A stretch of 63,328 bases of DNA, filler included, from an uncultured Methanosarcinales archaeon (lineage in GTDB: Archaea; Nanobdellota; Nanobdellia; Woesearchaeales; CAZXZL01), in NCBI GenBank assembly GCA_964645415.1. It is 3 parts of 3 records of this genome, joined end to end, with 100 filler letters (N's around TTAATTAATTAA, not from the genome) between each part and the next. Parts side by side here need not be neighbours in the genome. Positions count along the whole stretch, not along the records: positions 1 to 26,092 come from CAZXZL010000010.1; 2 more parts are not named here. One strand, 5' to 3'. Position numbers and translations under genes: made by a program. The notes below the pieces were generated by a model. That model was not told where the DNA came from, ran no database searches, and saw nothing but the letters and a program-made list of their open reading frames with translations. Below, piece after piece: positions 1 to 10,029 of the stretch. Numbering within the stretch: the first letter of the stretch is position 1; every line of letters starts with the position of its first letter.

Positions 1-70
1 AAATTGGTTAGGATGGTACCATACTTCGTATGGCACGTTAGTTTCCATAAATTTCTATTTATTTCTACTT
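1..70 (+). repeat. Intergenic repeat A, copy 1 (REP-like hairpin GTACCATAC-TTC-GTATGGCAC at 16-36)
   Basis: AAATTGGTTAGGATGGTACCATA...TATGGCAC recurs at 22281 and 22481. Confidence 0.85.
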
Positions 71-198
71 TGTTAAAATAAGTTTTATTTTTATCTACGC
101 TTTATCCTAAAGAAAAATAGACAATTTTGTCTTCTACGAAAAATAGTATTCGTGTTTACCTAAAGAGTGTGTATTCGCTTTTCATCTAATTAAAGATC

Positions 199-300
199 GG
201 AATTTTATACTCTTTTTGTCTTTTTTTATTAGATTTTACTTCTGTGAAAAAATCAGCAGATTTTTTACTTAGATATGTTTTTAATCATGTATAAAATTCC
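199..300. repeat. MITE-like/structured repeat C, copy 1, with 12-bp terminal inverted repeats
   Basis: GGAATTTTATAC...GTATAAAATTCC; internal AAAAAATC-AGCA-GATTTTTT hairpin; homologous to 41077-41181 and 49608-49710. Confidence 0.75.
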
Positions 301-413
301 TTTAATTTTTAAAGATATATTTTGTTTAAAAAGATTTTTTGTTTAATATAGGAATAATTTTAAATAATTGTAAATTTTAAAAAGTTAACTTAAGATTGAT
401 GAGGTAATTTAAT

Positions 414-2111
414 ATGAATTTCAATAATGATGTTGTTAATATATTAGTAAATGTAACTAGTTTAGATAAGTCTGAGATAAAAAATCTATTAGAAACACCA
501 CCAAATAAAGATATGGGTGATGTTGCTTTTCCATGTTACAAACTTGCAGGTAAACTCAAAAATAATCCAAATAAAATTTCTGAAGAATTAACCGATAAAA
601 TTGATTTAAGTAATTATGAATCTATTTCAAAAGTATCAAACCAAGGACCATATATAAATTTCTTTTATAACATAGATAAAATAAAAAAATCAGTTTTTGA
701 TGAATTTTACGGAATTGAAAAAAATTATATTCGAAATAATACTAATAAAAAAACAATCGTTGTTGAATTTCCGGCACCAAACACTAACAAACCTTTACAT
801 TTAGGACATCTTAGAAATTTAATATTAAGTGAATCAGTTTGTAGACTTCTAGAATCTCAAGGTCATGATGTTAAAAGAGTTAATCTAAATAATGATAGAG
901 GGATTCATATATGTAAATCAATGATTGCCTATAAAAAATGGGGTGATAATAAAAAGCCTGATAAGAAATCAGATCATTTTGTTGGTGATTATTATGTACT
1001 TTACAGTCAAAAGTTAAAAGAAAATCCTGCATTAGAAGAAGAGACTAGAGAAATGTTAAGAAAATGGGAAGATGGTGATGAAGAAGTTATGAATCTCTGG
1101 TCAAAAATGCGTGATTGGGCACTTGATGGTTTTAAAGAAACTTATGATCGATTTGATGTTAAATTTGAAAAAGAGTATTTTGAAAGTGATATCTATCAAA
1201 AAGGAAAACAAAAAATTCAAAATGCACTTGAAGAAGGAACATTCAAGAAAAATGATGAAGGAGCAATTGTTGCTGATTTAAAAGATTATGGTGAAAAAGT
1301 TCTTTTAAGAGAGGATGGAACTTCAATCTATATTACTCAAGATATCGCTTTAGCATATGAAAAATATGAAGACTTCAAATATGATAAATCTGTTTATGTT
1401 GTTGGCAGTGAACAAGAGTATCATTTTAAAGTGCTATTTAAAGTGCTAGAATTACTAGGATTTGAATCTGAAATGTATCATTTAAGCTTTGGAATGATTA
1501 ATTTACCATCAGGTAAGATGAAATCTCGTGAAGGAAATGTAGTTGATGCAGATAATTTATTAGATGATTTAAAAGAAATGACTCTTGATGAAGTTAAAAA
1601 AAGAGGAAATGTTGATGAAAATAACTCTGATCAAATATCTGAAAATATTGCATTATCAGCATTGAGATTTTTTATATTAAAATATTCACCACATAAAGAT
1701 TTCACATTTAGACCAAAAGAATCAATTTCTTTAGAAGGTGAAACAGGTCCTTATCTACAATATTCTTTAGTTAGATCAAACAGAATTTTAGAAAAATCTA
1801 ACATTTCATTAAAAAAATCTGATATAAACCTTAATTTAATAAAAGAAGATGAAGAAATTAATCTTATAAAAAAGATATCAGAGTTTGATGAAATATTAAA
1901 TAAATCCGCAGATAATTACTCCCCTCACTATTTAGCTAATTATTCTTATGAATTAGCTTCATTATTCAACAGTTTTTATGAAAACATAAGAGTAATTGGT
2001 ATAGAAAATAAAAAGTTAGAAAAAACACGTTTAGGGATTGTTAAATTATATTATGATGTAATGAAATGTGCTTTATACCACCTTGGTATAAAAGATGTTA
2101 AAGTAATGTAA
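414..2111 (+). CDS. argS: Arginine--tRNA ligase
   Basis: PNTNKPLHLGHLRN (HIGH), KMKSREGN, GETGPYLQYS anticodon domain; GAGGT RBS. Confidence 0.97.
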   Translation: MNFNNDVVNILVNVTSLDKSEIKNLLETPPNKDMGDVAFPCYKLAGKLKNNPNKISEELTDKIDLSNYESISKVSNQGPYINFFYNIDKIKKSVFDEFYGIEKNYIRNNTNKKTIVVEFPAPNTNKPLHLGHLRNLILSESVCRLLESQGHDVKRVNLNNDRGIHICKSMIAYKKWGDNKKPDKKSDHFVGDYYVLYSQKLKENPALEEETREMLRKWEDGDEEVMNLWSKMRDWALDGFKETYDRFDVKFEKEYFESDIYQKGKQKIQNALEEGTFKKNDEGAIVADLKDYGEKVLLREDGTSIYITQDIALAYEKYEDFKYDKSVYVVGSEQEYHFKVLFKVLELLGFESEMYHLSFGMINLPSGKMKSREGNVVDADNLLDDLKEMTLDEVKKRGNVDENNSDQISENIALSALRFFILKYSPHKDFTFRPKESISLEGETGPYLQYSLVRSNRILEKSNISLKKSDINLNLIKEDEEINLIKKISEFDEILNKSADNYSPHYLANYSYELASLFNSFYENIRVIGIENKKLEKTRLGIVKLYYDVMKCALYHLGIKDVKVM

Positions 2112-2313
2112 TTCTTCTTTTCATCTTTTAATTTTTTATCTTATAATTTAATTTATTCTTTTTTTATTATTTTTATTTAATTTATAATAATACAATAATA
2201 ATTATTTTATCATTCTTATAACTTATAACTTATTAGATTATTTTCATTATTTTATTTATTTTTATGGAAAACTATAAAAATAAGTAAGTTGATATTATTT
2301 TAGGGTGTGATTC

Positions 2314-2853
2314 ATGAAATTCAAACTAATAATTTTATTATTAATAGGTGTTTTATTTTCATCAAATTTATATTCTTATGAGATTGGTGATTTTCCAGAG
2401 TATTTTATGGAAGATAATTCAATTAATGTGAACTTTGTTTTAGGATCTAATGCACATGCAAAAGATGTAATTACTGCTGTTGATATAGCTACAAAAGTTC
2501 AATATTTACAAGATTCATTACAATTAAGAAATCTAGGAAGTATAGGGTATTTAGATAATGAGATTGATGATGTTTCTAAAAGAAATAATATAGTTATTGG
2601 TGGTCCTTGTATTAATTCTGCGGCAGCAGAATTACTTGATTTCCCTATTGATTGTAGAGCTGATATGTCTCCTGGTGATTCTATTATTAAGTTATATGAA
2701 TTTGATAATAGTCATTCATTACTAATTGCAGGATATCATGCAGATGATACTAGAAGAGCGGGTTCTGTTATTGCAAATCATGAAGATTATAATCTCACTG
2801 GTAGGACATTAGAAGTATTTGAACAACATTATGAAGATCATATGTTGATTTAG
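2314..2853 (+). CDS. Short secreted S-layer-domain protein
   Basis: Signal peptide; VLGSNA..DVITAVDIA and IVIGGPCINSAAAELL/LLIAGY..DDTRRA motifs of archaeal S-layer N- and C-terminal segments. Confidence 0.7.
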   Translation: MKFKLIILLLIGVLFSSNLYSYEIGDFPEYFMEDNSINVNFVLGSNAHAKDVITAVDIATKVQYLQDSLQLRNLGSIGYLDNEIDDVSKRNNIVIGGPCINSAAAELLDFPIDCRADMSPGDSIIKLYEFDNSHSLLIAGYHADDTRRAGSVIANHEDYNLTGRTLEVFEQHYEDHMLI

Positions 2854-3006
2854 ATTTTAATTTCTAATTACTTTTTTTAATCACATTTTTTTTATTTTCC
2901 TTTTATTCTTATTTTTTCTTATTACTATTTAGAATTATTTATGATTCTTAAAAATTTTAATTATTTTTATCTTATTTTATTTTGAATTTTCTTTTCCCGT
3001 TAAATA

Positions 3007-4200
3007 CTACTTTGTAAGAACTCCTATGTTGATACTATGTTTATTTTTTATTATCTTAACTCTAACTGTTTTTTTATTTGATACTTTATTCCACGAGTTT
3101 GGAATAATTACTAATCTATTTTTAGCTTTTGCAATTGTTTCGTTATTTAATCTTCCAGGACCTAAAATCTCCACCTTTGTTACTTCCTTTCTTTTAAATA
3201 CTTTTTCAATAGAATTATCTTCATATATATCTAAATATTCTGGTTTTAGAATTAATCTTGTTTCATATTCTTTTTCAAGTTTTTCTAATTTTGAATAAAA
3301 TGTATCAAATGACATCTGCTTACAAGGGATTCTACCATTTTTATATTCTAAAAAATTTTGTATCCCTAGCATTGCTCCATTATCTTTAGCAAACTTAATT
3401 ATTTTTGGTATTTCTTCATCATTTATGTTTTTCATCCATACTGGTGCCATTAATACATCTATGCCTTTTGAAATAGAGTATTTTATTAATTCTAATGTTT
3501 TATTTACATTAACACCAGAATTAGTAATCTCTCTTTCAAGTTTGTTATTTGTTGAATCTATAGAAATATTAAATCTGTCCAAGCCTTTTTCTTTAAGTCT
3601 ATCTATTTTATCTTTATTTAATAATGCTCCATTTGTATTTAATATAACTTTATTAACTTTATTAATATCACTTAATTTATCAATTAAATATTCTATTCTT
3701 GGATAAAGAAGAGGTTCTCCTTGAGGTTCTATATAAGCTTCTACTTTTCTTTTCTTTAATTGACACATTCTTTTAAATTCTTGAATTAAATAATTTGGAT
3801 CAATAAAGAAATCTCTTGGTCTACTATCATCACCTTCTGAAACAGAACAATATATACAATTAAAATTACAACCAGTGTTTGGCTTAATTTCAATTAGATT
3901 TGTTCCTCTATCTACTAATCCAAATGCAACATGGCCAATTAGAGGATAAGTATTTGGAAAAATAACTGTTGTTTTTTTCCCATTAAATTTATTTTTAATT
4001 TTTCTTAAATTTCTTTGTATAAGAAACATTAATTTATTATATTCTCTTTTTTCAATCATATCTGAATCTATTGTATTTTCATTAATAATTTCAAAATCTT
4101 TTAACTTATCTTTTTTAATTTTAAAAAAGTAGTTATCATAAAGTATAATTTCATAATTTTCTTTATTTTCTTTAAATTTAATATCTTTAAATGTTTGCAT
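3007..4200 (-). CDS. Archaeal radical SAM protein with C-terminal TRAM-like domain
   Basis: GLVDRGTNLIEIKPNTGCNFNCIYCSV (CxxxCxxC); QGEPLLYP. Confidence 0.88.
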   Translation of the reverse strand: MQTFKDIKFKENKENYEIILYDNYFFKIKKDKLKDFEIINENTIDSDMIEKREYNKLMFLIQRNLRKIKNKFNGKKTTVIFPNTYPLIGHVAFGLVDRGTNLIEIKPNTGCNFNCIYCSVSEGDDSRPRDFFIDPNYLIQEFKRMCQLKKRKVEAYIEPQGEPLLYPRIEYLIDKLSDINKVNKVILNTNGALLNKDKIDRLKEKGLDRFNISIDSTNNKLEREITNSGVNVNKTLELIKYSISKGIDVLMAPVWMKNINDEEIPKIIKFAKDNGAMLGIQNFLEYKNGRIPCKQMSFDTFYSKLEKLEKEYETRLILKPEYLDIYEDNSIEKVFKRKEVTKVEILGPGRLNNETIAKAKNRLVIIPNSWNKVSNKKTVRVKIIKNKHSINIGVLTK

Positions 4201-4289
4201 ATAATTTTGAAAAAAGTTCTTACTTTTATTTTTTCAGGTAATTTTTTATTAAAAGATAATATTTAAATAATATCTGTGACTACCAATTA

Positions 4290-5780
4290 ATGAGTAAAAT
4301 GACAAATAGAAAATATTACGGAAACTTTTCAAAATGGAAAGGTAAATATAATGAATTTCCTGTTTTTACCTTATCAACTGATTCTGAACATATGGCAGAA
4401 TATACTGGAAGTGCTTTTAATATAGCAGGAATTATTGCACCTAATAGGACAGTTTCCTTAGATAAAATTGAAAAAGATTATGATACTGAATTACTTACAT
4501 TTTCAGATACTTATGAAAAATTTACTGGTAAAGATTATTTTATCCCTTCTTCTGAAGAAGGTTTAGCAAGGAAAATAACAAATACTGAACCAGTAAGTGA
4601 AAATAATAATTCAAATGTTTATAAAAATCTATATGATCCAATAAGAGAAGAATATAGTAATGTTTCTATAAAATACATTAAAGATGTATTATCTAAAAAT
4701 GATAAGGTTTATTTTTTCCCATACATGATGACTGAAAGTATTAATTCTCTTGAAGAGATAATTGATGATGAATTAAAAGTAATAGCACCAAAACTTGAAG
4801 TTGTAAATGAATTAAAAGATAAAACAAAAATGTATGAAAAAATGAAAAGTGAAGGTATTCCAACAGTTGAAGGTAATGTTCTTGATTCTCCAAAAGAAGC
4901 TATGGAATATTTTTCTAGAAAAATTAAAGATTGGAAAGATGGTGCTTTTGTTTCTGCTGAAGGTGGTGCTAGTGGAGTAGGGTGTTTACATGCTATGAAA
5001 CCAAATGATATTCTTAATAGGTTTCAAGAAGACTATACTGATGGTAGATTAATTGTTCAAAAATGGATGAATGATATTCAATGTGCTCCTAATATTTTAG
5101 TTTATGTTGATAATAAAGATGCTCATGTTTTAACTATAACTGATCAAATCATTAAAGAGGGAACTGATTATTATGGTAATAAATATCCTTCTAAAATTGA
5201 TGGTAGCTTAAAAGAAAAAGTAATCGATGAATGTAAAAAAATAGGTCAAATTATGGGTGAGAAAGGATATAGAGGAGTTGGTGGGATTGATGGAATTATT
5301 TCAGATAATGATTTTTACTTTGTGGAAGTTAATCCAAGAAAGAATCATTCTACTGTTTTAAATTCTACTTTACTTGAAAAAGTAAGACCTGATGATATTC
5401 CTCCATTACCTTATCTAGAAGCTGAATTAATAGAAGAGGGAAAAAATAAAGATTACGACTTAAATAAATGGGCTACTAAGTTAAGGGAAAGTAATTATAC
5501 TTATGATATGTTTCTTTATAAAAAAGAAGGTTGGAATATTGCTAAATCTGATCCTAATAATTATAGAATTAATGATCATGAATGGGATTTTAAAAAACCT
5601 TACATTGCAAATATTCCTAAAAAAGGAGTTATTATTTCAAAAACCTATGGTTCATTAAAATCTGAAGGACATACTAGAAGAGTTACTCCAACAGAGCTTG
5701 GAAGAATTGTGAGTAGAAATATGCATGATAGATTAAAACAAATCAAGAAGATGAATAAATCATTTGAAGAGGTGAAGTAA
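4290..5780 (+). CDS. ATP-grasp amide/peptide ligase (PGM1-like/pre-ATP-grasp type)
   Basis: LKDKTKM, GGASGVG loop, YYGNKYP, GYRGVGGIDGI, FVEVNPR. Confidence 0.8.
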   Translation: MSKMTNRKYYGNFSKWKGKYNEFPVFTLSTDSEHMAEYTGSAFNIAGIIAPNRTVSLDKIEKDYDTELLTFSDTYEKFTGKDYFIPSSEEGLARKITNTEPVSENNNSNVYKNLYDPIREEYSNVSIKYIKDVLSKNDKVYFFPYMMTESINSLEEIIDDELKVIAPKLEVVNELKDKTKMYEKMKSEGIPTVEGNVLDSPKEAMEYFSRKIKDWKDGAFVSAEGGASGVGCLHAMKPNDILNRFQEDYTDGRLIVQKWMNDIQCAPNILVYVDNKDAHVLTITDQIIKEGTDYYGNKYPSKIDGSLKEKVIDECKKIGQIMGEKGYRGVGGIDGIISDNDFYFVEVNPRKNHSTVLNSTLLEKVRPDDIPPLPYLEAELIEEGKNKDYDLNKWATKLRESNYTYDMFLYKKEGWNIAKSDPNNYRINDHEWDFKKPYIANIPKKGVIISKTYGSLKSEGHTRRVTPTELGRIVSRNMHDRLKQIKKMNKSFEEVK

Positions 5781-6983
5781 ATGGAAGAGAATTGTACAAT
5801 TGGTTACTTTAAAGAAGATGGAAAAATTTATGCTGGAAAAAATAGAGAACCTGGTAAAACTAGTTTAGATACTATGATTATTAGAAGTCCTAAAATAAAA
5901 AAACCTAAGCTGTTATATATTGGAACTGATCCAAAAGAGAAAATTAACTTAAAACAACAAATTGAATCTGCTTATGAAGGAAATAGAATCTTTGACTTAG
6001 ATAAATTAGGAGTTAACTTATATAAACTTGGAGAAAATGAAAAAAGACCTTCAGAACTTGAAGGAATTTTAAGTGAGAATCTTTGGGGTGGCTTATATCC
6101 AAATAAAAGAATTGGAAAACCTGCTTCTTCTCCTACAAAACCAATTTATCTTTTACCTTCTGATTCAGATAAAACGGTCGTTGGAAATGCTTCACATTAT
6201 AATCTTGAGAGATTATGGGGTGGGGTAAATGATTCTGGTCTTTTTGTTCAATCATCAAGTATTAGACATGATAATCGTTTAGAGAATAGACCTTCTTATT
6301 CAACAATTACTAATGAGATTTTAAAAAACTATTCATGTCCAGAAAAAGCTTCTGAGTTTATCGAAGAAAAAGTAAAAGATTATCAATGTGGTGCTGCAAA
6401 CTTTCTCTTATCAAATAAAGATAATCAATATATTGTTGAATATTTACCATCTGATGTTGTTGATGGTAATGATCCAATTATTGAAAAAAGTAGTAATCTT
6501 GAAAAAGAATTTAGGACAAATTTTGGATTAAAAACTAGATTTTTCAAAAGAAAATATTGGAACTTAAGTAATAATAAAGGGAGAAATGAAGTAGAAAATT
6601 ACATTAGATCCATTAATCGTTTAGTTGCAGCTTATGATGAGACTTCAAAAAATGTATTTGAGTCACATACTGTTTATGATGAACTTTTTGATAAAGGAAT
6701 ACTTGAAGAAGTTGTTAATTCTATGTATTATGAAGATTTAAGAGAGATTAGTTTTTCATTCTCTGAAGACTTTGCTTCATTTTATTCTATCTGTACTCAT
6801 CCTGTAACAAAAGATGAGGATTTTCAAACATATAAGAGAACTTTTTGGAATATGTTTGCTAATTTAACTGATGATGAAGTTACATTGACTTATGATAATC
6901 CTTGTCAGGCTGGAGCAAAAATTGATATTTCTCCAAAAAAAATCAAAAAAGGTATTGATTATATAACACGTTTAGAAAAATAA
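5781..6983 (+). CDS. Ntn-hydrolase with near N-terminal Cys (C45/C59-like amidase or acyltransferase)
   Basis: CTIGY...YAGKNRE start, GGVNDSGL, ANFLLS, RTNF; ATG immediately follows the ATP-grasp stop codon. Confidence 0.7.
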   Translation: MEENCTIGYFKEDGKIYAGKNREPGKTSLDTMIIRSPKIKKPKLLYIGTDPKEKINLKQQIESAYEGNRIFDLDKLGVNLYKLGENEKRPSELEGILSENLWGGLYPNKRIGKPASSPTKPIYLLPSDSDKTVVGNASHYNLERLWGGVNDSGLFVQSSSIRHDNRLENRPSYSTITNEILKNYSCPEKASEFIEEKVKDYQCGAANFLLSNKDNQYIVEYLPSDVVDGNDPIIEKSSNLEKEFRTNFGLKTRFFKRKYWNLSNNKGRNEVENYIRSINRLVAAYDETSKNVFESHTVYDELFDKGILEEVVNSMYYEDLREISFSFSEDFASFYSICTHPVTKDEDFQTYKRTFWNMFANLTDDEVTLTYDNPCQAGAKIDISPKKIKKGIDYITRLEK

Positions 6984-7021
6984 ATACTTTAATAAATAAT
7001 AACTTCATTTAATTATTATCA

Positions 7022-7810
7022 ATGAAAAGAATATTAATAACAGCAGGATTACATGCAGATGAAATTAATGCAATGTTTGTTGCATTTCAGTTAAAAGGTT
7101 ATTTAGAATCTAAAAATTATGATAATGTTGACGTAATCCCTTTAGTAAATAAAACTGCTTTTAACATTAAAAAAAGAAAACAAAATGATAATTTAGATTT
7201 AAATAGATCATTTCCTGGTAATTCTGAAAAAAAAGGGACTTTAAAATTAGCTGATCGTATTTATAATATTGCAAAAAAATATGATGTTGTAATTGATTTA
7301 CATAATTATTCTAATTATAGAACGTGCCTCCCTTTTTTTCTTACTGACTTAAAAAAAGATCGAAATAAAAACTTAGCTCAGAAAATAGGAATGAAATATG
7401 CTGTTCAAACAAGTAAAACTAGGGGACAGTTATTTGTAGAATTATCTGAAAGAGAAGGAATCTCTACTGGTATTATTGAATTTAGTGGATCTTATAAACA
7501 CAATAAAAAATATCATGATTTTGTTTATAAAAAGTTAATCAATTTTATAGAAAATGAAAGAAATAATATTGATGAATCTAATAAAGATAATGTTTTCATG
7601 TTAGATCATTATGAAAAAATTAGATCAAAACATGAAGGAAAACTTAAAATACTTCCTAATTTAGAAAGTTCTGTAAAAAAAGGAGAATTAATTGCAAAAA
7701 TAGGTCATAATGATATTTTTTCACCATATGAAGGAGTGGTAATTGCTAAATTAGAAAAAGAGAACTACTTTAAAAAAGATAAACATTTTATTGCAATTGC
7801 TGAAATTTAA
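7022..7810 (+). CDS. Succinylglutamate desuccinylase/aspartoacylase family M14 metallopeptidase
   Basis: AGLHADE (HxxE), DLNRSFPG, IDLHN, C-terminal barrel-sandwich segment. Confidence 0.9.
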   Translation: MKRILITAGLHADEINAMFVAFQLKGYLESKNYDNVDVIPLVNKTAFNIKKRKQNDNLDLNRSFPGNSEKKGTLKLADRIYNIAKKYDVVIDLHNYSNYRTCLPFFLTDLKKDRNKNLAQKIGMKYAVQTSKTRGQLFVELSEREGISTGIIEFSGSYKHNKKYHDFVYKKLINFIENERNNIDESNKDNVFMLDHYEKIRSKHEGKLKILPNLESSVKKGELIAKIGHNDIFSPYEGVVIAKLEKENYFKKDKHFIAIAEI

Positions 7811-7882
7811 TTTTAATATAATTGTAATTTTTTTTAAAACCTAATAGAAAAAAATATAACTTATTCAAATTTAATTATTACA

Positions 7883-8509
7883 ATGGAAGAACAAGATTCT
7901 ATCGAAATAACTTTTGAAACTTTGTATGAGATTTTAAGACTTGAAAAATCAAATGCAGATCTTCATGAGTTACCTGAAGATTTTTACGTTAACGTTTTAG
8001 AATACTTAAAACAAAAAGAAGAGTCACTCTCTGATCTTAAGCAAGAAGCTGATGTTTTTTCTTCTGGTGAAAAAGATAGGTTACAAAGAGAATTTAATAG
8101 TGTGAAAAATATTGTTGAAAAAATTTATGAGATTAGAGAAAAGAAAATAGTTGATATGGCAATTAATAAATCTAGAATGCCTGAAACAATGATTAATAAA
8201 CGAAAAATGAATGATTATGAAAAAGATTTCTTACATGATATGGTTTCTCTTTTTGATAGATATAGAGAAGGAATTTTAAGAAATATTATTAGTTTAAAAA
8301 AACCTAAATTAGAAAAGTCTCATCATACTAATTTTGAAGATGATTCAAAGAAAAAGAAAACAAGAAAGGTTAGATTTAAAAGAAATATCCCTAAATTTGT
8401 TTGGAAAGATCTTAGTGATTATGGTCCTTTTGAAAAAGGCGAGATTGCAATATTACCAAAAGAACTTGCAAATACTTTTGTTGATGAAAAAATTTGTGTT
8501 AAGTTTTAA
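7883..8509 (+). CDS. GINS complex subunit (Gins51-like)
   Basis: ILRLEK..LHELPEDFY, IYEIREKKIVDMA, C-terminal YGPFEKGEIAILP B-domain. Confidence 0.85.
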   Translation: MEEQDSIEITFETLYEILRLEKSNADLHELPEDFYVNVLEYLKQKEESLSDLKQEADVFSSGEKDRLQREFNSVKNIVEKIYEIREKKIVDMAINKSRMPETMINKRKMNDYEKDFLHDMVSLFDRYREGILRNIISLKKPKLEKSHHTNFEDDSKKKKTRKVRFKRNIPKFVWKDLSDYGPFEKGEIAILPKELANTFVDEKICVKF

Positions 8510-8577
8510 TTTAACAAAAAATATTTAAAGAGATATCTTTTCAAAAAAGTAGTATAATTCATTTATTGGTGATTCTT

Positions 8578-8868
8578 ATGGTCAAAAGAAAAGGTGGATC
8601 AAGGAGAAAATCTAGAAGAGTTTTCTCAAAAAAAAGGAGAGATAGAGGTAGAGTTGGTGTTAGTAAGCTTTTTAAGCAATTTGATGAAGGAGATCAAGTT
8701 AAATTATTAGCTGAACCTTCTGTTCATAAAGGTCTTTATAATAGAAAATTTCATGGACAAGTTGGAAAGATTACTGGCAAGAGAGGCGAATGTTATGAAG
8801 TTTCTATTAAAGATGGTAGAGCAAATAAAATGTTAATTGTTCATCCTGCCCATTTGAAATCTAACTAA
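8578..8868 (+). CDS. rpl21e: 50S ribosomal protein L21e
   Basis: RRKSR, EPSVHKG..NRKFHGQVG, IVHPAHLK; start moved to ATG after GGTGA RBS. Confidence 0.97.
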   Translation: MVKRKGGSRRKSRRVFSKKRRDRGRVGVSKLFKQFDEGDQVKLLAEPSVHKGLYNRKFHGQVGKITGKRGECYEVSIKDGRANKMLIVHPAHLKSN

Positions 8869-8878
8869 GGTGGTTATT

Positions 8879-9226
8879 ATGTCAAAATTAAATGTTTTAT
8901 CCAAAGAACCTAAAACTCTATCTGAAGTAAAAAATATCTTAAAAGAAGTTGAAATTGAAAGAGAGTTAAACTTTAGGTCTTCAAAAACTATGGATTATGT
9001 TAATAGATTTGTTAATATTGAAGATAAAGATGTTTCTGAATTAAAAGAGAAAATAGAAAAATTAGACATCCTCAGATTAAAAGAAGAACATATTGTAAAA
9101 ATAATTGATTTTTTACCTGAATCTGTTGATGAGTTTAAATTAATTTTTCAAGGTAGTTATGTTACATTTTCAGAAGATGATATTAAAGAAATTGTTAATG
9201 TAATAAATGATTTTAAATCTAAATAA
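8879..9226 (+). CDS. rpoF: RNA polymerase subunit Rpo4/F
   Basis: TLSEVKNIL, VKIIDFLP; conserved position after rpl21e. Confidence 0.9.
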   Translation: MSKLNVLSKEPKTLSEVKNILKEVEIERELNFRSSKTMDYVNRFVNIEDKDVSELKEKIEKLDILRLKEEHIVKIIDFLPESVDEFKLIFQGSYVTFSEDDIKEIVNVINDFKSK

Positions 9227-9427
9227 TTTTTTTTTATTTATTATTCTTATTATTTTATTCTAATATTTATCCTTATTTTTTTATAATTGAATTAATTATC
9301 TTAATTTTTTCTTCTTTTTATAAAAATTCTACTTTTTTTGATTTTTTTAACACAATATTTATATATCGGTGTTGATATATTAATAATAGTATACAAAAAA
9401 CAACACTAGTTTACTACATGGTGAAAA

Positions 9428-9844
9428 ATGGTAATATTATTCGATCAATTTAATTTACCGGATGATGTATTTCAAATTATTTTTTCAACTGACCAACAGG
9501 TTATAGTTGCAAAGTATTTAGTTAATGTAATGAAAGAAAAAGATAAAACTCTTACAAAAAGTGAGATGTCACATTTTGCAAAGAAATTACATAATGGAAC
9601 TTTAATTCAAACTGAAGAAAAAGGTCTTGTACCTAATAAAAAAGAAGTTGAATTGTCTTATAATAAAAGACAATTTTACGATCGTATATTAACCCCTATG
9701 AAAAGTATGGGCTTAGTTGAATATGATATGTACAAAAAACATTATAAGTTAAGTGAGAAGTTTAACCATTTAATGATTAAAATTGGTTTAATGTGGGTAC
9801 AAGAACTTAGAAAACCTGCCCGTAAATTAAACACAAAAGATTAA
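9428..9844 (+). CDS. Hypothetical protein, possible winged helix
   Basis: Clean ORF with GGTGA RBS; SYNKRQFYDRILTPMKSMGLVEY...YKLS resembles a wHTH wing. Confidence 0.6.
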   Translation: MVILFDQFNLPDDVFQIIFSTDQQVIVAKYLVNVMKEKDKTLTKSEMSHFAKKLHNGTLIQTEEKGLVPNKKEVELSYNKRQFYDRILTPMKSMGLVEYDMYKKHYKLSEKFNHLMIKIGLMWVQELRKPARKLNTKD

Positions 9845-9850
9845 ATTCAT

Positions 9851-9925
9851 AAGGCACCCGAAGAAACTAATTTTTCTTCTTCACACCCAACCCCATATTT
9901 TTTGGGTGCCTTCTCTTTTTTTATT
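9851..9925 (+). terminator. GC-rich stem-loop followed by T-tract (terminator or 3' structured RNA)
   Basis: AAGGCACCCGAA (9851) pairs with TTTGGGTGCCTT (9901-9912); nested GAAGAAA/TTTCTTC hairpin; T-run follows. Confidence 0.55.
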
Positions 9926-10029
9926 TCTTTCTATTAAATTAATAGTAAATTCATTTTTTAATTTCATTTCTAATTTTATTGGGTAGATAAATCAATAAAT
10001 TTATATATAATTAATATTGTTACTACCAC

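Noticed and set aside
3026..3706. Antisense and overlapping short ORFs in the track (also 8334, 13610, 16121, 18292-18893, 19642, 21969, 23757, 25863, 28159, 28822, 30357, 31260, 31402, 33084-33655, 35649, 36924, 38085, 44332, 49064, 49246, 50637, 55021, 55330, 56553, 61640)
   Set aside because: Shadow frames of well-supported genes, rich in F/L/I/S as expected from AT-rich antisense sequence, with no motifs.
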